DNA of 64,000 nucleotides from Rickettsiales bacterium UBA1997 (lineage in GTDB: Bacteria; Pseudomonadota; Alphaproteobacteria; Rickettsiales; UBA1997), in NCBI GenBank assembly GCA_964202895.1, contig CAXNJM010000002.1, positions 1-64,000 on the forward strand. The letters are read 5' to 3'. The stretch's first letter is position 1. The number at the start of each line of letters is the position of its first letter. This document shows, one piece after another, positions 10,490 to 19,836 of the stretch. The position numbers were made by a program, and so were the translations under genes. The notes under the pieces are model-generated. The model was not told the DNA's origin, ran no database searches, and saw only the letters and a program-made list of their open reading frames with translations.

Positions 10490-11130
10490 TCAAATAAATT
10501 GGTTTCATACATATTCATACCTCTTTCAAAGGGAAAAGAAAAATTTTCTAGATCTTGACTTGTTAAAATAAACTCAATTTTACATTCGGCATTTAAATTA
10601 GAAAATTTTTGAAAAATAGTGCTTTTTTCTTTATCTTCAACTTCTTTTAAAAACATACCTGTTAAATCGGTTGTTTTGGGATTGTTGTTTAGTGTATCGG
10701 ATCTTAAAGAAGCATAAATCATATAAATTTGTTTGTTTTTTGCGGATCTTTTGATGGTGTTGTATTGTTCCTCGGTTAGACCAATCCAGCGATCATTCTC
10801 GGAAGTGTTTTTAATTTCTATAAAAACTTGAGGCTCTCTAAGAGTGCTATTTTCTACGATTTCAACTATATCTGGCTCGTCCCTGACTTCGTTATTGCCT
10901 TTTATATCAAAATCTAAAATATATTTTTTATTTGGGTTAAATTCTGTTAATATTTTTTCAATTCCAATTTCTGTTAATTTGCCGAGTGTAAAGGCATCTA
11001 AAACTGCACCTAAGCCTCTTGGCTCTCCAGTAGTTCTGCCTGTTGTATTTTTAGTTGGATCTATGTAGTAATTTGTTCCAAATTCAAAAACTCTTTTAAA
11101 ATCGTCTAAATTCAATTTAAAATACTGCAT
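10477..11130 (-). CDS. Type II restriction endonuclease (PD-(D/E)xK fold)
   Basis: 217 aa; PDIVEI...FIEIK arrangement fits a PD-x(n)-E-x-K motif. Sits immediately downstream of the C5-methyltransferase gene with a 4 bp gap. Confidence 0.55.
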   Translation of the reverse strand: MQYFKLNLDDFKRVFEFGTNYYIDPTKNTTGRTTGEPRGLGAVLDAFTLGKLTEIGIEKILTEFNPNKKYILDFDIKGNNEVRDEPDIVEIVENSTLREPQVFIEIKNTSENDRWIGLTEEQYNTIKRSAKNKQIYMIYASLRSDTLNNNPKTTDLTGMFLKEVEDKEKSTIFQKFSNLNAECKIEFILTSQDLENFSFPFERGMNMYETNLFEEKN

Positions 11131-11134
11131 AAAA

Positions 11135-12142
11135 TTATAAAATTGCCTGTAAGATATTTTTGGCTATTGCTTCCACAACTGGCAAGGATATTGAATTTCC
11201 AGCCTGTTTATACTGATTGCTTCTATTTACAGTTTTTGGGAAGGTAAAATTTGGGGGAAAGCCTTGCAATCTAATGCATTCCATTGGCACTAATTTTCTT
11301 ATGCCTTTTTTGTCTTTAATGATTGGTACATTATGGCCTCCTGTTCCCATATTTGCAGTAAGTGTTGGGCAAACTTCGCTTTTATTTTCTCTAGTATAGA
11401 CTCTTCGCCATTGATATGCTGTATTTTCTTTAATTATATCATTTTTAATTTTCTCAAAAAGAGGTTTATCGTTGTAATAATAGTAATTATCAACCTCTGT
11501 TTTTTCTAAAATATCGATTAATTTTTGGGTTAATTTTTGAGGCTTAGGAAATTCAAACTTATCGTGCTCGTCTTTATTTTTGAAGCCTAAAATATAAAGC
11601 CTCTCTCTGTTTTGCGGTAAGTTTCCATATTCCATGGTATTTAGAACTTTTTCCTTTACAAAATAACCCTGCTTCTTAATTAGTTCTTTTATGTAGTTGT
11701 AGGTTTCTCCTTTATCGTGAGAATATAAATTTTTGACATTTTCTAAAAAAATTACCTTTGGTTGTTTTATTTTTATAATTTCAATAATATTAAAAATTAA
11801 GTCTCCCCTATCTTTGTCATCAAAGCCTTTGCGATAACCAGCTATACTGAAAGGCTGACAAGGAAACCCGCCACATAAAATGTCATGCTCTGGAATATCT
11901 TTTGGATCGATTTTGGTGATATCTTTGTTGAATAAATTTTTATCTACAAAAAGATCCTCCTCAAATAAATCGGGGCTAATTTTTTGAAAATTATATTTAT
12001 AAGTTAATCTTGCTTGTTGATCTATTTCGCTGGCAAAAACACACTTGGATCCTTGTCTATGAAGAGCAAAATGAAAGCCACCGATTCCTGCAAATAAATC
12101 AATAAATTTTATGTCATTGATATTTGTCTCTTTTTTTGTCAT
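11135..12142 (-). CDS. DNA (cytosine-5)-methyltransferase
   Basis: 335 aa. Motif I FAGIGGF, motif IV GFPCQPFS, motif VI ENV, motif VIII QNRERLYILG, motif X GNSISLPVV. Confidence 0.9.
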   Translation of the reverse strand: MTKKETNINDIKFIDLFAGIGGFHFALHRQGSKCVFASEIDQQARLTYKYNFQKISPDLFEEDLFVDKNLFNKDITKIDPKDIPEHDILCGGFPCQPFSIAGYRKGFDDKDRGDLIFNIIEIIKIKQPKVIFLENVKNLYSHDKGETYNYIKELIKKQGYFVKEKVLNTMEYGNLPQNRERLYILGFKNKDEHDKFEFPKPQKLTQKLIDILEKTEVDNYYYYNDKPLFEKIKNDIIKENTAYQWRRVYTRENKSEVCPTLTANMGTGGHNVPIIKDKKGIRKLVPMECIRLQGFPPNFTFPKTVNRSNQYKQAGNSISLPVVEAIAKNILQAIL

Positions 12143-12245
12143 TGTTTTTTTATTTTTTAAACTTTTTATTAAGTAAAAATTTTTTATTTCTTAGATGGTG
12201 GCATATCAAAGTCCTCTGGACCTTGATATATATTATAAATATTTT

Positions 12246-12286
12246 ACGGGGCACGAGCCCCGCCCCGCCTCGCGGGGTTCCCCACA
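12246..12286. repeat. Compound palindromic element; right inverted copy flanking the R-M cassette
   Basis: acggggcacgagccccgccccgcctcgcggggttcccc, the reverse complement of the 9993-10029 element. Confidence 0.7.
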
Positions 12287-12424
12287 TACCAAAGCATATA
12301 CCAAGGCAAAATTTTTCAAGCTTGAAGTGGCTTTGGTATATTATAACTAGCGAGCTGAATTTTGCAAAGGAGTTTTTATAAAACAAGATATTTATTTATC
12401 TGTAAGAAATTGTGAAAAATCGAT

Positions 12425-13912
12425 TTAAGTGCCACAAAAAGTGTTTAGCACTCTTTCGTGTTCTTGCGGTGGTGAGTAGTATTTGTGGTATTTTTTATTT
12501 TCCGTGAAAGGGTTTTGGATTGCTTGTAAAAATTCATTAAATTCACTGTAATCATTTTTAAAAACTGACTTTTTAATTATATTGGCGATAATGTGATTTC
12601 TTGCTATTAAAATCGGATTTACTTTATCCATTGCGGTGGCAATTTCATTGAGTTCGGAGCTTTCTTTTTTTAAGCGATTTTGCCATTTTTCTTGCCAATC
12701 AAGATATTTTCTATCTGCCACATAAAAACTAGTCTTTTTAGTGTTCTCTTGACTGCTTTCTTGAATGCTTTCTGGCAGTAAGATTTTGCTTAAAATTCTA
12801 AAGCCATTGGTAAAATCAATTTTATTGTCTTCTAATATTTTTAAAAAATCATCGATTAAATTTTTATCTTCTTGATTGTTCTTAAAGCTTGAAATCCCTA
12901 GCTTTTTAGACATTTTTTGATAATAGATTTTATCAAATAAAACTGCAAATTGATTCAGCTCCGTTTCCACTGCTTTGACGGCTTCTTTGATATCATTGTT
13001 TATTAGCGGTAAAAGAGCTTCAGCAAACTTGATTAAATTCCATAAAATAATGTTTTTTTGATTAGAAAAGCTATATCTTCCGCTTTTATCAATAAAGCTA
13101 AAAACCTTATTGCTTTCATATTCGTCAATAAAGGCACAGGGCCCATAATCTAGGGTTTGACCAGATATTGCAATATTGTCAGTATTCATAACCCCGTGAA
13201 TGAAGCCAACTGATATCCAAGAGGTAATAAGCTCTGCTTGCAACTTCATTACTGATTTTAACAAATAAAGATATTTATCATTTTGATGGCTATATTCTGG
13301 GAAATGCCTGTCAATGGCATAATCTGCCAAGATTTTGAGGTTTTTTATGTCGTTTCTGCAAGCGAAATATTCAAAGGTTCCAACTCTAATATGGCTTTTA
13401 GCGATTCTAGTAATGATGCTTGCGGGCAAGAATTCATCTCTTTGAATGAATTCATCTGATTTTATGATTGCAAGAGATCTGGTGGTGGGAATTTTAAGAT
13501 AATGCATCGCCTCGCTAACGATATATTCTCTAATCGCAGAGTTTAAGGGGCATTTGCCGTCGCCATTTCTAGAAAAAAAACTTCTACCCGAGCCTTTCAG
13601 TTGAATATCGTGTAGGATATTATTTTTGTCTTTTATTTCTCCTAATAAAACAGCCCTTCCATCGCCCAATTGGGGCACAAAATGACCAAATTGATGCCCG
13701 GCATAAGCCAGAGAAATTGGCTTAGAATTAGGCAATAATTCATTGCCAGAAAAAATATCAACTAAATATTTTGCATCCTCGCCTATTTTAATACCTAGCT
13801 CCGTGGCTAATTTTTGGTTAAATGCAATTAATTGCGGATTTTTAATCTTATCGGGCTGTTGTTCTTTGTAAAAATCGCCACCTAATTGATGATAAGAATT
13901 AGTGATTTTCAT
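12425..13912 (-). CDS. selO: Protein adenylyltransferase SelO (YdiU/UPF0061 family)
   Basis: 495 aa; MKITNSYHQLGGDFY N-terminus, GHQFGHF...LGDGRAVLLGE kinase-like core, TFCGT C-terminus. Confidence 0.85.
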   Translation of the reverse strand: MKITNSYHQLGGDFYKEQQPDKIKNPQLIAFNQKLATELGIKIGEDAKYLVDIFSGNELLPNSKPISLAYAGHQFGHFVPQLGDGRAVLLGEIKDKNNILHDIQLKGSGRSFFSRNGDGKCPLNSAIREYIVSEAMHYLKIPTTRSLAIIKSDEFIQRDEFLPASIITRIAKSHIRVGTFEYFACRNDIKNLKILADYAIDRHFPEYSHQNDKYLYLLKSVMKLQAELITSWISVGFIHGVMNTDNIAISGQTLDYGPCAFIDEYESNKVFSFIDKSGRYSFSNQKNIILWNLIKFAEALLPLINNDIKEAVKAVETELNQFAVLFDKIYYQKMSKKLGISSFKNNQEDKNLIDDFLKILEDNKIDFTNGFRILSKILLPESIQESSQENTKKTSFYVADRKYLDWQEKWQNRLKKESSELNEIATAMDKVNPILIARNHIIANIIKKSVFKNDYSEFNEFLQAIQNPFTENKKYHKYYSPPQEHERVLNTFCGT

Positions 13913-14917
13913 TTAGAATTCCCAGTCTTTTCTAATGCTGTGGCAGGTGTAGCCATTTGGGTTTTTCGATAAATAATTCTGATGATATTCTTCTGCTTTA
14001 TAAAATTTATCGAATTTTTCTAGGCTAGTGACAATTTTTTTTGGAAACAGCCCTGATTTATTGGCTTTGTCGATTAAATCTTGTGCTGTTTTTTTCTGCT
14101 CCTCATTTGAGTAAAAAATGGCACTTCTATATTGAGTGCCAATATCATTTCCTTGCTTGTTTAAAGTGGTTGGATCGTGAATTTTAAAAAAGAATCTCAG
14201 AATTTTTTCATAAGAAATTTTTGCAGGGTCAAAGGTAATTTCTATAGATTCGGCATGGTTGCTGATTCCCGAGCTTACAATTTCATAGGTTGGGTTCGGT
14301 ATATTGCCACCACTATAGCCATTTACAACATCGATTACCCCTGTTAATTTAGAAAATAAGTCTTCCATCCCCCAGAAACAGCCTCCACTGACTATTGCTT
14401 TTTGATATTTTACCGCTTTTTGTTCATCAAAAATCTTTAAATATTCTTCATAGCCTTCTTTTTTTAGATTCTCTTTAGGGATAAATCGCAACGATGCGGA
14501 GTTAATGCAATAGCGGGCTCCCCCTTTATTTTTTGGACCATCGCTAAAAATGTGCCCTAGATGGATGTCTGAATCTTTTGATCTTGCCTCGGTTCTGCTC
14601 ATTCCGTGAGAGTAATCGGTTTTTTCTTTTATTGAATTATCGTTGATGGGCTTTGTAAAGCTTGGCCAGCCAGTGCCAGAATCAAATTTATCTTTCGAAG
14701 AAAAAAGTGGCTTACCGCTTAGAACATCAACATAAATGCCTTCTGCTTTGTTGTTCCAATATTCATTATCAAATGCCCTTTCAGTGCCATTTTGAAAGAT
14801 TACATTTTTTTGCAATTCAGTTAAATTTTTATCATTATTCATAATATTGCTCGCTATAATAGTGTTGTTATTAAAAAGAAGTAATAACAACATTAAACCA
14901 GTTGTTTTAAGATTCAT
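13913..14917 (-). CDS. msrBA: Bifunctional peptide methionine sulfoxide reductase MsrB/MsrA, secreted
   Basis: 334 aa; signal peptide; MsrB motif RYCINSASL; MsrA motif GGCFWG. Confidence 0.85.
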   Translation of the reverse strand: MNLKTTGLMLLLLLFNNNTIIASNIMNNDKNLTELQKNVIFQNGTERAFDNEYWNNKAEGIYVDVLSGKPLFSSKDKFDSGTGWPSFTKPINDNSIKEKTDYSHGMSRTEARSKDSDIHLGHIFSDGPKNKGGARYCINSASLRFIPKENLKKEGYEEYLKIFDEQKAVKYQKAIVSGGCFWGMEDLFSKLTGVIDVVNGYSGGNIPNPTYEIVSSGISNHAESIEITFDPAKISYEKILRFFFKIHDPTTLNKQGNDIGTQYRSAIFYSNEEQKKTAQDLIDKANKSGLFPKKIVTSLEKFDKFYKAEEYHQNYLSKNPNGYTCHSIRKDWEF

Positions 14918-15014
14918 CGGAAATAAAAATATTTAAGTAGTAAATTTGTGAAATAATAATGCTATCAACTAATAATTGCAAATCCTCGCTAATAATCAAT
15001 CGATTTTATTTTGT

Positions 15015-15175
15015 TGCCGTTAGCAGAGAGTTCGAAGCCAACTCACCCGTCATCCTGCACGAAGCGAAGCAAAGTTGCAGGATCTATTGCTTTTCTGGAT
15101 CCTGCAACTTCGTGCAGGATGACGGAACTAAAACACTCGTCATGCCGTTGAAAAACGGCACCCAGAAATAATATG
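15015..15175. repeat. RPE-like palindromic element
   Basis: Long imperfect palindrome gtcatcctgcacgaag...cttcgtgcaggatgac plus the cgtcatgccgttgaaaaacggcacccagaaa module. Confidence 0.6.
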
Positions 15176-15342
15176 GCGGATGCTCTAAATATTGCCATTA
15201 TTAAATCGGCATCAAAAAACTTGATTTTAATCATTGTTAAGTTTATAAACTTTTATGAATGGATAATCTTTGCCAACACTAGAACAAGTCAGCAAAAAAG
15301 CCTATTCTTATAAAAGAATTATTTCCCAATATTTAATTAGTA

Positions 15343-16341
15343 ATGATTAATAAAATGCAAAATAAAAAAATAGCCATAATAGGAGCTGGAATATCAGGGC
15401 TTACAGTCGCTAAAGAGTTATCAAAACTTAATGAAGTAACTATTTTTGATAAATCTAGAGGAGTTGGCGGAAGAATGGCGACAAAAAGAATTGATGATTA
15501 TCATTTTGATCACGGAGCCCAGTTTTTTACTGCTAAAAGTCAGGAATTTAAAGAATTTTGCAACAAAGCAAAAAATGATAAAATAATTGAAGAATGGAAT
15601 TGTGATTTTGTAGAAATAACAGGGAATAAAATCAGTAAAAAATATCAATTTAATAATGATAAGCCTCATTTTGTAGCAAAGCCACAAATGAATAGTTTGT
15701 GTAAATATATTGCCAAAGATCTTAATATTTTACTAGGTAAACAAGTTAAGTCTATCAATTTTGATGATAAAAAATGGCGCTTAAAAACAGTTGAAGATGA
15801 AATTTTTAATAATTTTGACTATTTAATTCTGGCAATTCCCTCTCATCAGGTCATTAATTTGCTACCAAAAAATTTTAAATATTTTGATATTGTCTCAAGC
15901 ATAAGAATGTCTAGTTGCTTTACCTTAATGCTTGGTTTTAAAGAAAAATTATCAATCGAATTTGATGCAGGTTTAGTGAAAGAATCAAACATTAGCTGGA
16001 TATCCGTTAATAGCTCTAAACCAGAAAGACCAAAAGGATTTTCTTTGATTGTTAATTCTAGCAATAAATGGGCCGATGAAAATATTGAAGAAGATTTAGA
16101 AATTATAAAAGAAAAAATGATTATTTCTTTAGGGCAGATAATTGATTTTGATATAAGTAATCTAAGTTGCCAAAATATTCATCGCTGGAGATATGCAAAT
16201 GCAACTTTAAGAACAGGAGATAAATCGCTTTTTGACCCAAATTTAAATCTAGGAATTTGTGGAGATTGGTTGATTTCAGGGAGAGTTGAAAATGCCTTTT
16301 TAAGCGGATTAGATTTATATAAAACATTAATTAATGCCTAG
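15343..16341 (+). CDS. NAD(P)/FAD-dependent oxidoreductase (renalase/amine oxidase-like)
   Basis: 332 aa; N-terminal Rossmann KKIAIIGAGISGLTVAKEL...DKSRGVGGR. Confidence 0.7.
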   Translation: MINKMQNKKIAIIGAGISGLTVAKELSKLNEVTIFDKSRGVGGRMATKRIDDYHFDHGAQFFTAKSQEFKEFCNKAKNDKIIEEWNCDFVEITGNKISKKYQFNNDKPHFVAKPQMNSLCKYIAKDLNILLGKQVKSINFDDKKWRLKTVEDEIFNNFDYLILAIPSHQVINLLPKNFKYFDIVSSIRMSSCFTLMLGFKEKLSIEFDAGLVKESNISWISVNSSKPERPKGFSLIVNSSNKWADENIEEDLEIIKEKMIISLGQIIDFDISNLSCQNIHRWRYANATLRTGDKSLFDPNLNLGICGDWLISGRVENAFLSGLDLYKTLINA

Positions 16342-16391
16342 TCATTGATAAGGTTCGTCATATTTTATCTTTAAATCTCAGAGTATTTATT

Positions 16392-18077
16392 TTATTGCCA
16401 AAACCTTTGATTAAAGATTTCTTTTTCGAGAACTTTTAGCTCATTATTCTCTTTAAAAATAATATATTTAACTCCAGTTGCTTGGTTTATAGTTTCAAAT
16501 TCAATTTGAATGTTATTTTTGATGTAATTTTGCTTGTCATTGACTATTCTAAAACCCGCATGTTGAAAAAAATGGGGCCTAAAATGATATCTAGAATCAG
16601 CAGAAGCAAGGTTGCCAGTGCTAAAAAATGATGATCCGGCAATCATTTTATGTTTACCATCAAAACATGGAGTAGAAAAATCTTTATAGTAAGAATGAAT
16701 TTTAAAGCCTTTTAATGGATGAAAATCATCTTCAAGCCATTGCCAAACATTGCCATGTATGTCGTGTAGATTATTTTCGGTGTGCTTATTGATATTTACA
16801 GCATTTTCACTTAAATTTTGTAGATTAAAATTGAAATTATTGTGAAATTGACTATTGATAGGGTCGGTTTCAAAATCTTGTAAAGCTCGGTGTTCAGCTT
16901 CAAAGGGAAGCCTGTAATTTTTGCCATCTAGCTCCGATTTATACCTACAAAATGCCTTTGCTTCGTAATGATTTACAATTACTGGATAATCCCACTGCAT
17001 ATCAATGATATCAAAACAGCTTCTTAATTTAAATAAATTAGAGTCTTTAGGGCCATTTGCAACCCAGAATGTTGGATGATAGGTGTTTCTAAATTTTCGC
17101 CAAGAAAGACCATTATCGCACCAATATTTGTCAATATAATAGCCATCATCTTTAACAAATTCAAAGAATTCACCATTGCTGATTAAATATTGACTAACAT
17201 CGAAATTGTTAACCTTTCTTGTATCAAGACCGTATTCGTTGTCCCATCCATAGGTTGTGATGTCTTTTTTTCCGATATGAACTACTTTAGATTCAATGCT
17301 GAGTAATTCATTCTCAGGATAATCAATTTCAACTAGAGGAAATGGATTTTCTTGTTGACGATGAGTTGGTTCTGTAAAATATTTAGGATTTCTAATGTGC
17401 TCTATCTGCATTTCCCTAATTAACACACTAGATGTTTCTAGGTGTATTCTTTCATGTTCAAAGGACATTAGCAGTGACCAGAGAGGGGTTTTGTCAAGAG
17501 GGGTTTTGTCAAGTGTGGTTTTAGCGGATATTTTTGTTGTAAATAATTGCTCGTTTTTATTGATAATATCAGTGACCAAATTATAAGCTTCCTCCCGATA
17601 GGTGAAGACTTCTTCCAGAGTTGGCCAGTTAATTTTGCCATCTTGAGTGTTGACATCCCAAGTCATTTCGTCTACTCCAGTTTCGAAAATATTTTCAAAT
17701 TCCTTGTTCACACCTTTGTTAATTAAGCCTGCTAATAACATTTTATTAACATAAAACGAGGCTACATGGCCGTAGTAAAATATTAGAGGGTGCCTTAATG
17801 AGTGATAAGGTGTTTGATAAAATGATTCCTTATATTTAAGGCTTGAGAATAAAACTTCAGTTAAAAGCCAGCAATTATTGAAATATTTTAAATATTCTTC
17901 CTTGCCAGAATTGATATTTAATGATTGCAAAGATATTATTTTGTTGTTTATAATTGAGTGTTTAGAGTAATTTTTATCAATGTAATGCGGTAAGATTTCT
18001 TCTATTTCTGTAAAATTAATTGCTTCAAACCTTTTTGCAAAGCTTTTTGCGATTGGTAAAACTATTTTAGATTTCAT
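16392..18077 (-). CDS. EgtB/OvoA-like sulfoxide synthase (DinB_2 plus FGE-sulfatase domains, no methyltransferase domain)
   Basis: 561 aa. DinB_2-type motif HPLIFYYGHVASFYVNK. C-terminal FGE-sulfatase-type HGNVWQWLEDDF. No SAM-binding GxGxG region after the FGE domain. Confidence 0.6.
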   Translation of the reverse strand: MKSKIVLPIAKSFAKRFEAINFTEIEEILPHYIDKNYSKHSIINNKIISLQSLNINSGKEEYLKYFNNCWLLTEVLFSSLKYKESFYQTPYHSLRHPLIFYYGHVASFYVNKMLLAGLINKGVNKEFENIFETGVDEMTWDVNTQDGKINWPTLEEVFTYREEAYNLVTDIINKNEQLFTTKISAKTTLDKTPLDKTPLWSLLMSFEHERIHLETSSVLIREMQIEHIRNPKYFTEPTHRQQENPFPLVEIDYPENELLSIESKVVHIGKKDITTYGWDNEYGLDTRKVNNFDVSQYLISNGEFFEFVKDDGYYIDKYWCDNGLSWRKFRNTYHPTFWVANGPKDSNLFKLRSCFDIIDMQWDYPVIVNHYEAKAFCRYKSELDGKNYRLPFEAEHRALQDFETDPINSQFHNNFNFNLQNLSENAVNINKHTENNLHDIHGNVWQWLEDDFHPLKGFKIHSYYKDFSTPCFDGKHKMIAGSSFFSTGNLASADSRYHFRPHFFQHAGFRIVNDKQNYIKNNIQIEFETINQATGVKYIIFKENNELKVLEKEIFNQRFWQ

Positions 18078-18098
18078 GATTAAATTCTTTATAATTAG

Positions 18099-19181
18099 AT
18101 GAGTACTAGCGAAAATAATAGTTTTGTTAATAATATTTGCAATTACAAATTAATGAAATGCATCATGTTGATTGAAGATGCTCTTGAGGAAAGGGGTGTA
18201 AAATCTTCAATTAATATTGAATTAGAGGGTGTTTATTTAGATAGTGAGAACTTATCAAAAAATTATTTCTATGAGAGAACAAATTCTGAGCTTAAAAAGC
18301 TAGAAATTAAAGCCAAACTAAAGCCTGAATTCTGGCAAAATCAATGGGAATATGAATCAGATTTTCAAATAGGCGATGTATCGCAAACAATAAATAATTA
18401 TCAAAAGTTTTGTCAAAATATTGATCAGATTTTCTACCCTCAAATACCCAAAATTCAACCAATAAACTATAAGTGGCAAGAGTTAAATAATAAATTAATT
18501 CATGTGCCAAATGCCATACAGCTCAATATCAGCCTCTGGAAAGAGGGATTTAATATGCTGGCTAACAAAAATTTTGCCTTCTTTTTGCAAAATTCATTAA
18601 TTAAGAATTCTGTTAATAATTTAATATTTTTTATTCCAAATCAAGAAAGCTTAGATCGTTTGTTTTTAAAAGAAGATTATGGCTTGCAAGAAAAATTGCT
18701 GTCTCCACATGACATTTCAGGTGGAAATAAAGGCAGTATCGCCTGTTATCTTGAAAAAAACAAAAAAGATTTACCGAATAATCTTGATATTAATTTTGAT
18801 AATTTAGGTTATAAAGTTTTAGATCATCAATATGATTGGCAAAAAAACTCTAGAATAGAATTTAGATTAGCCTCTGCGGGTTCAGAATACTCCGTTCAAC
18901 TGCATATTTTTTTTGTGATGTTGGTGGTTCTGGAGTCTTTAATTTTATATGATGAAGATAAAAAATATAGAGCATTAAAAACCACTTACAGCATTCCAAG
19001 AAAATTTTATGATTGCAATCAAGATAATGTAGTAAGTAGGTATGAAAGCGGGCTGTTTTTTGATAAAAAAACTAAACTATTTTTAAAAAAAGGAAAAGAG
19101 CAAAGTTTCTTGTCATTAAGCAAAATATTAGGTCAAATAAAAAATGAAATTGAAGATTTAATAAAATGCATAAAAAGTTGA
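18099..19181 (+). CDS. Hypothetical protein; possible carboxylate-amine ligase (GCS2/EgtA-like)
   Basis: 360 aa. INIELEG near the N-terminus and RIEFRLASAG...QLHIFFVML resemble the YbdK/GCS2 GIELE and EVRVMD regions. The assignment is weak. Confidence 0.3.
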   Translation: MSTSENNSFVNNICNYKLMKCIMLIEDALEERGVKSSINIELEGVYLDSENLSKNYFYERTNSELKKLEIKAKLKPEFWQNQWEYESDFQIGDVSQTINNYQKFCQNIDQIFYPQIPKIQPINYKWQELNNKLIHVPNAIQLNISLWKEGFNMLANKNFAFFLQNSLIKNSVNNLIFFIPNQESLDRLFLKEDYGLQEKLLSPHDISGGNKGSIACYLEKNKKDLPNNLDINFDNLGYKVLDHQYDWQKNSRIEFRLASAGSEYSVQLHIFFVMLVVLESLILYDEDKKYRALKTTYSIPRKFYDCNQDNVVSRYESGLFFDKKTKLFLKKGKEQSFLSLSKILGQIKNEIEDLIKCIKS

Positions 19182-19312
19182 ATTTGCCAGAGAAGGTATG
19201 CCCTATTTGCAATCTAAGATTTGTTTGGCGAAAAAAATGGTTAAAAAATTGGGACAAAGTTAAATATTGCTCTAAGAAATGTTCAAAAAATTCAAAACAA
19301 GGCAAAATATAA
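19166..19312 (+). CDS. DUF2256-family small zinc-ribbon protein
   Basis: 48 aa ORF MHKKLNLPEKVCPICNLRFVWRKKWLKNWDKVKYCSKKCSKNSKQGKI. Matches the CP.CG..F.WRKKW...WD.V.YCS..C pattern. Too short for the 60 aa ORF track. Confidence 0.5.
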   Translation: MHKKLNLPEKVCPICNLRFVWRKKWLKNWDKVKYCSKKCSKNSKQGKI

Positions 19313-19703
19313 CGATTAAGCTAATTTTAAGTCTTAAATTAAAAAACCATTTTTCAATTATTGAATTTTTATAAGAAACTAAATCAATAATCAAGTTAGA
19401 TATGAATCCTGTAATCATAACTACTAAGGCTAATTTAAAATTTATTAGTAAACATAGCCAAGAGATAATTGCCATGATATTGCTCGCTATTAAAAGCCTA
19501 GTGTTGATTTTATTTTGTAAAATTGCATAAGAGAAATGCATTCCTGAAATAAAAGTTAAAATAACCGCTCCATAAGATATAAGAATTAGAGAGGTGTCAA
19601 TTATAAAAGATTGACTTAAATCAGAAAATCTAAAACAGGTTAAGAATATAAATGGCAGGCTTCCGGAGTATGTTAAAATTTTTACTAATTGTTCTTTTTT
19701 CAT
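19272..19703 (-). CDS. Hypothetical 4-TM membrane protein
   Basis: 143 aa, four hydrophobic segments. Confidence 0.45.
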   Translation of the reverse strand: MKKEQLVKILTYSGSLPFIFLTCFRFSDLSQSFIIDTSLILISYGAVILTFISGMHFSYAILQNKINTRLLIASNIMAIISWLCLLINFKLALVVMITGFISNLIIDLVSYKNSIIEKWFFNLRLKISLIVIFCLVLNFLNIS

Positions 19704-19788
19704 ATCTTGCTTAAGAGTTAAATTAATCTATGAATAACTTGGCAAAATTTTTCGGATTGTTTGACTAATGGGTTGATAATATAAAACA

Positions 19789-19836
19789 AAACTCGGCAAA
19801 ACTCGGCAAAACTCGGCAAAACTCGGCAAAACTCGG
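19789..19836. repeat. Tandem repeat, 10 bp unit aaactcggca, about 4.8 copies
   Basis: Read directly; lies in the divergent intergenic region upstream of gpx. Confidence 0.9.

Noticed and set aside
19789-19836. The 10 bp tandem array, and the 12 bp array at 54089-54124, considered as possible CRISPR arrays
   Set aside because: The units are contiguous with no spacers and are far shorter than CRISPR repeats. No cas genes are present in the window
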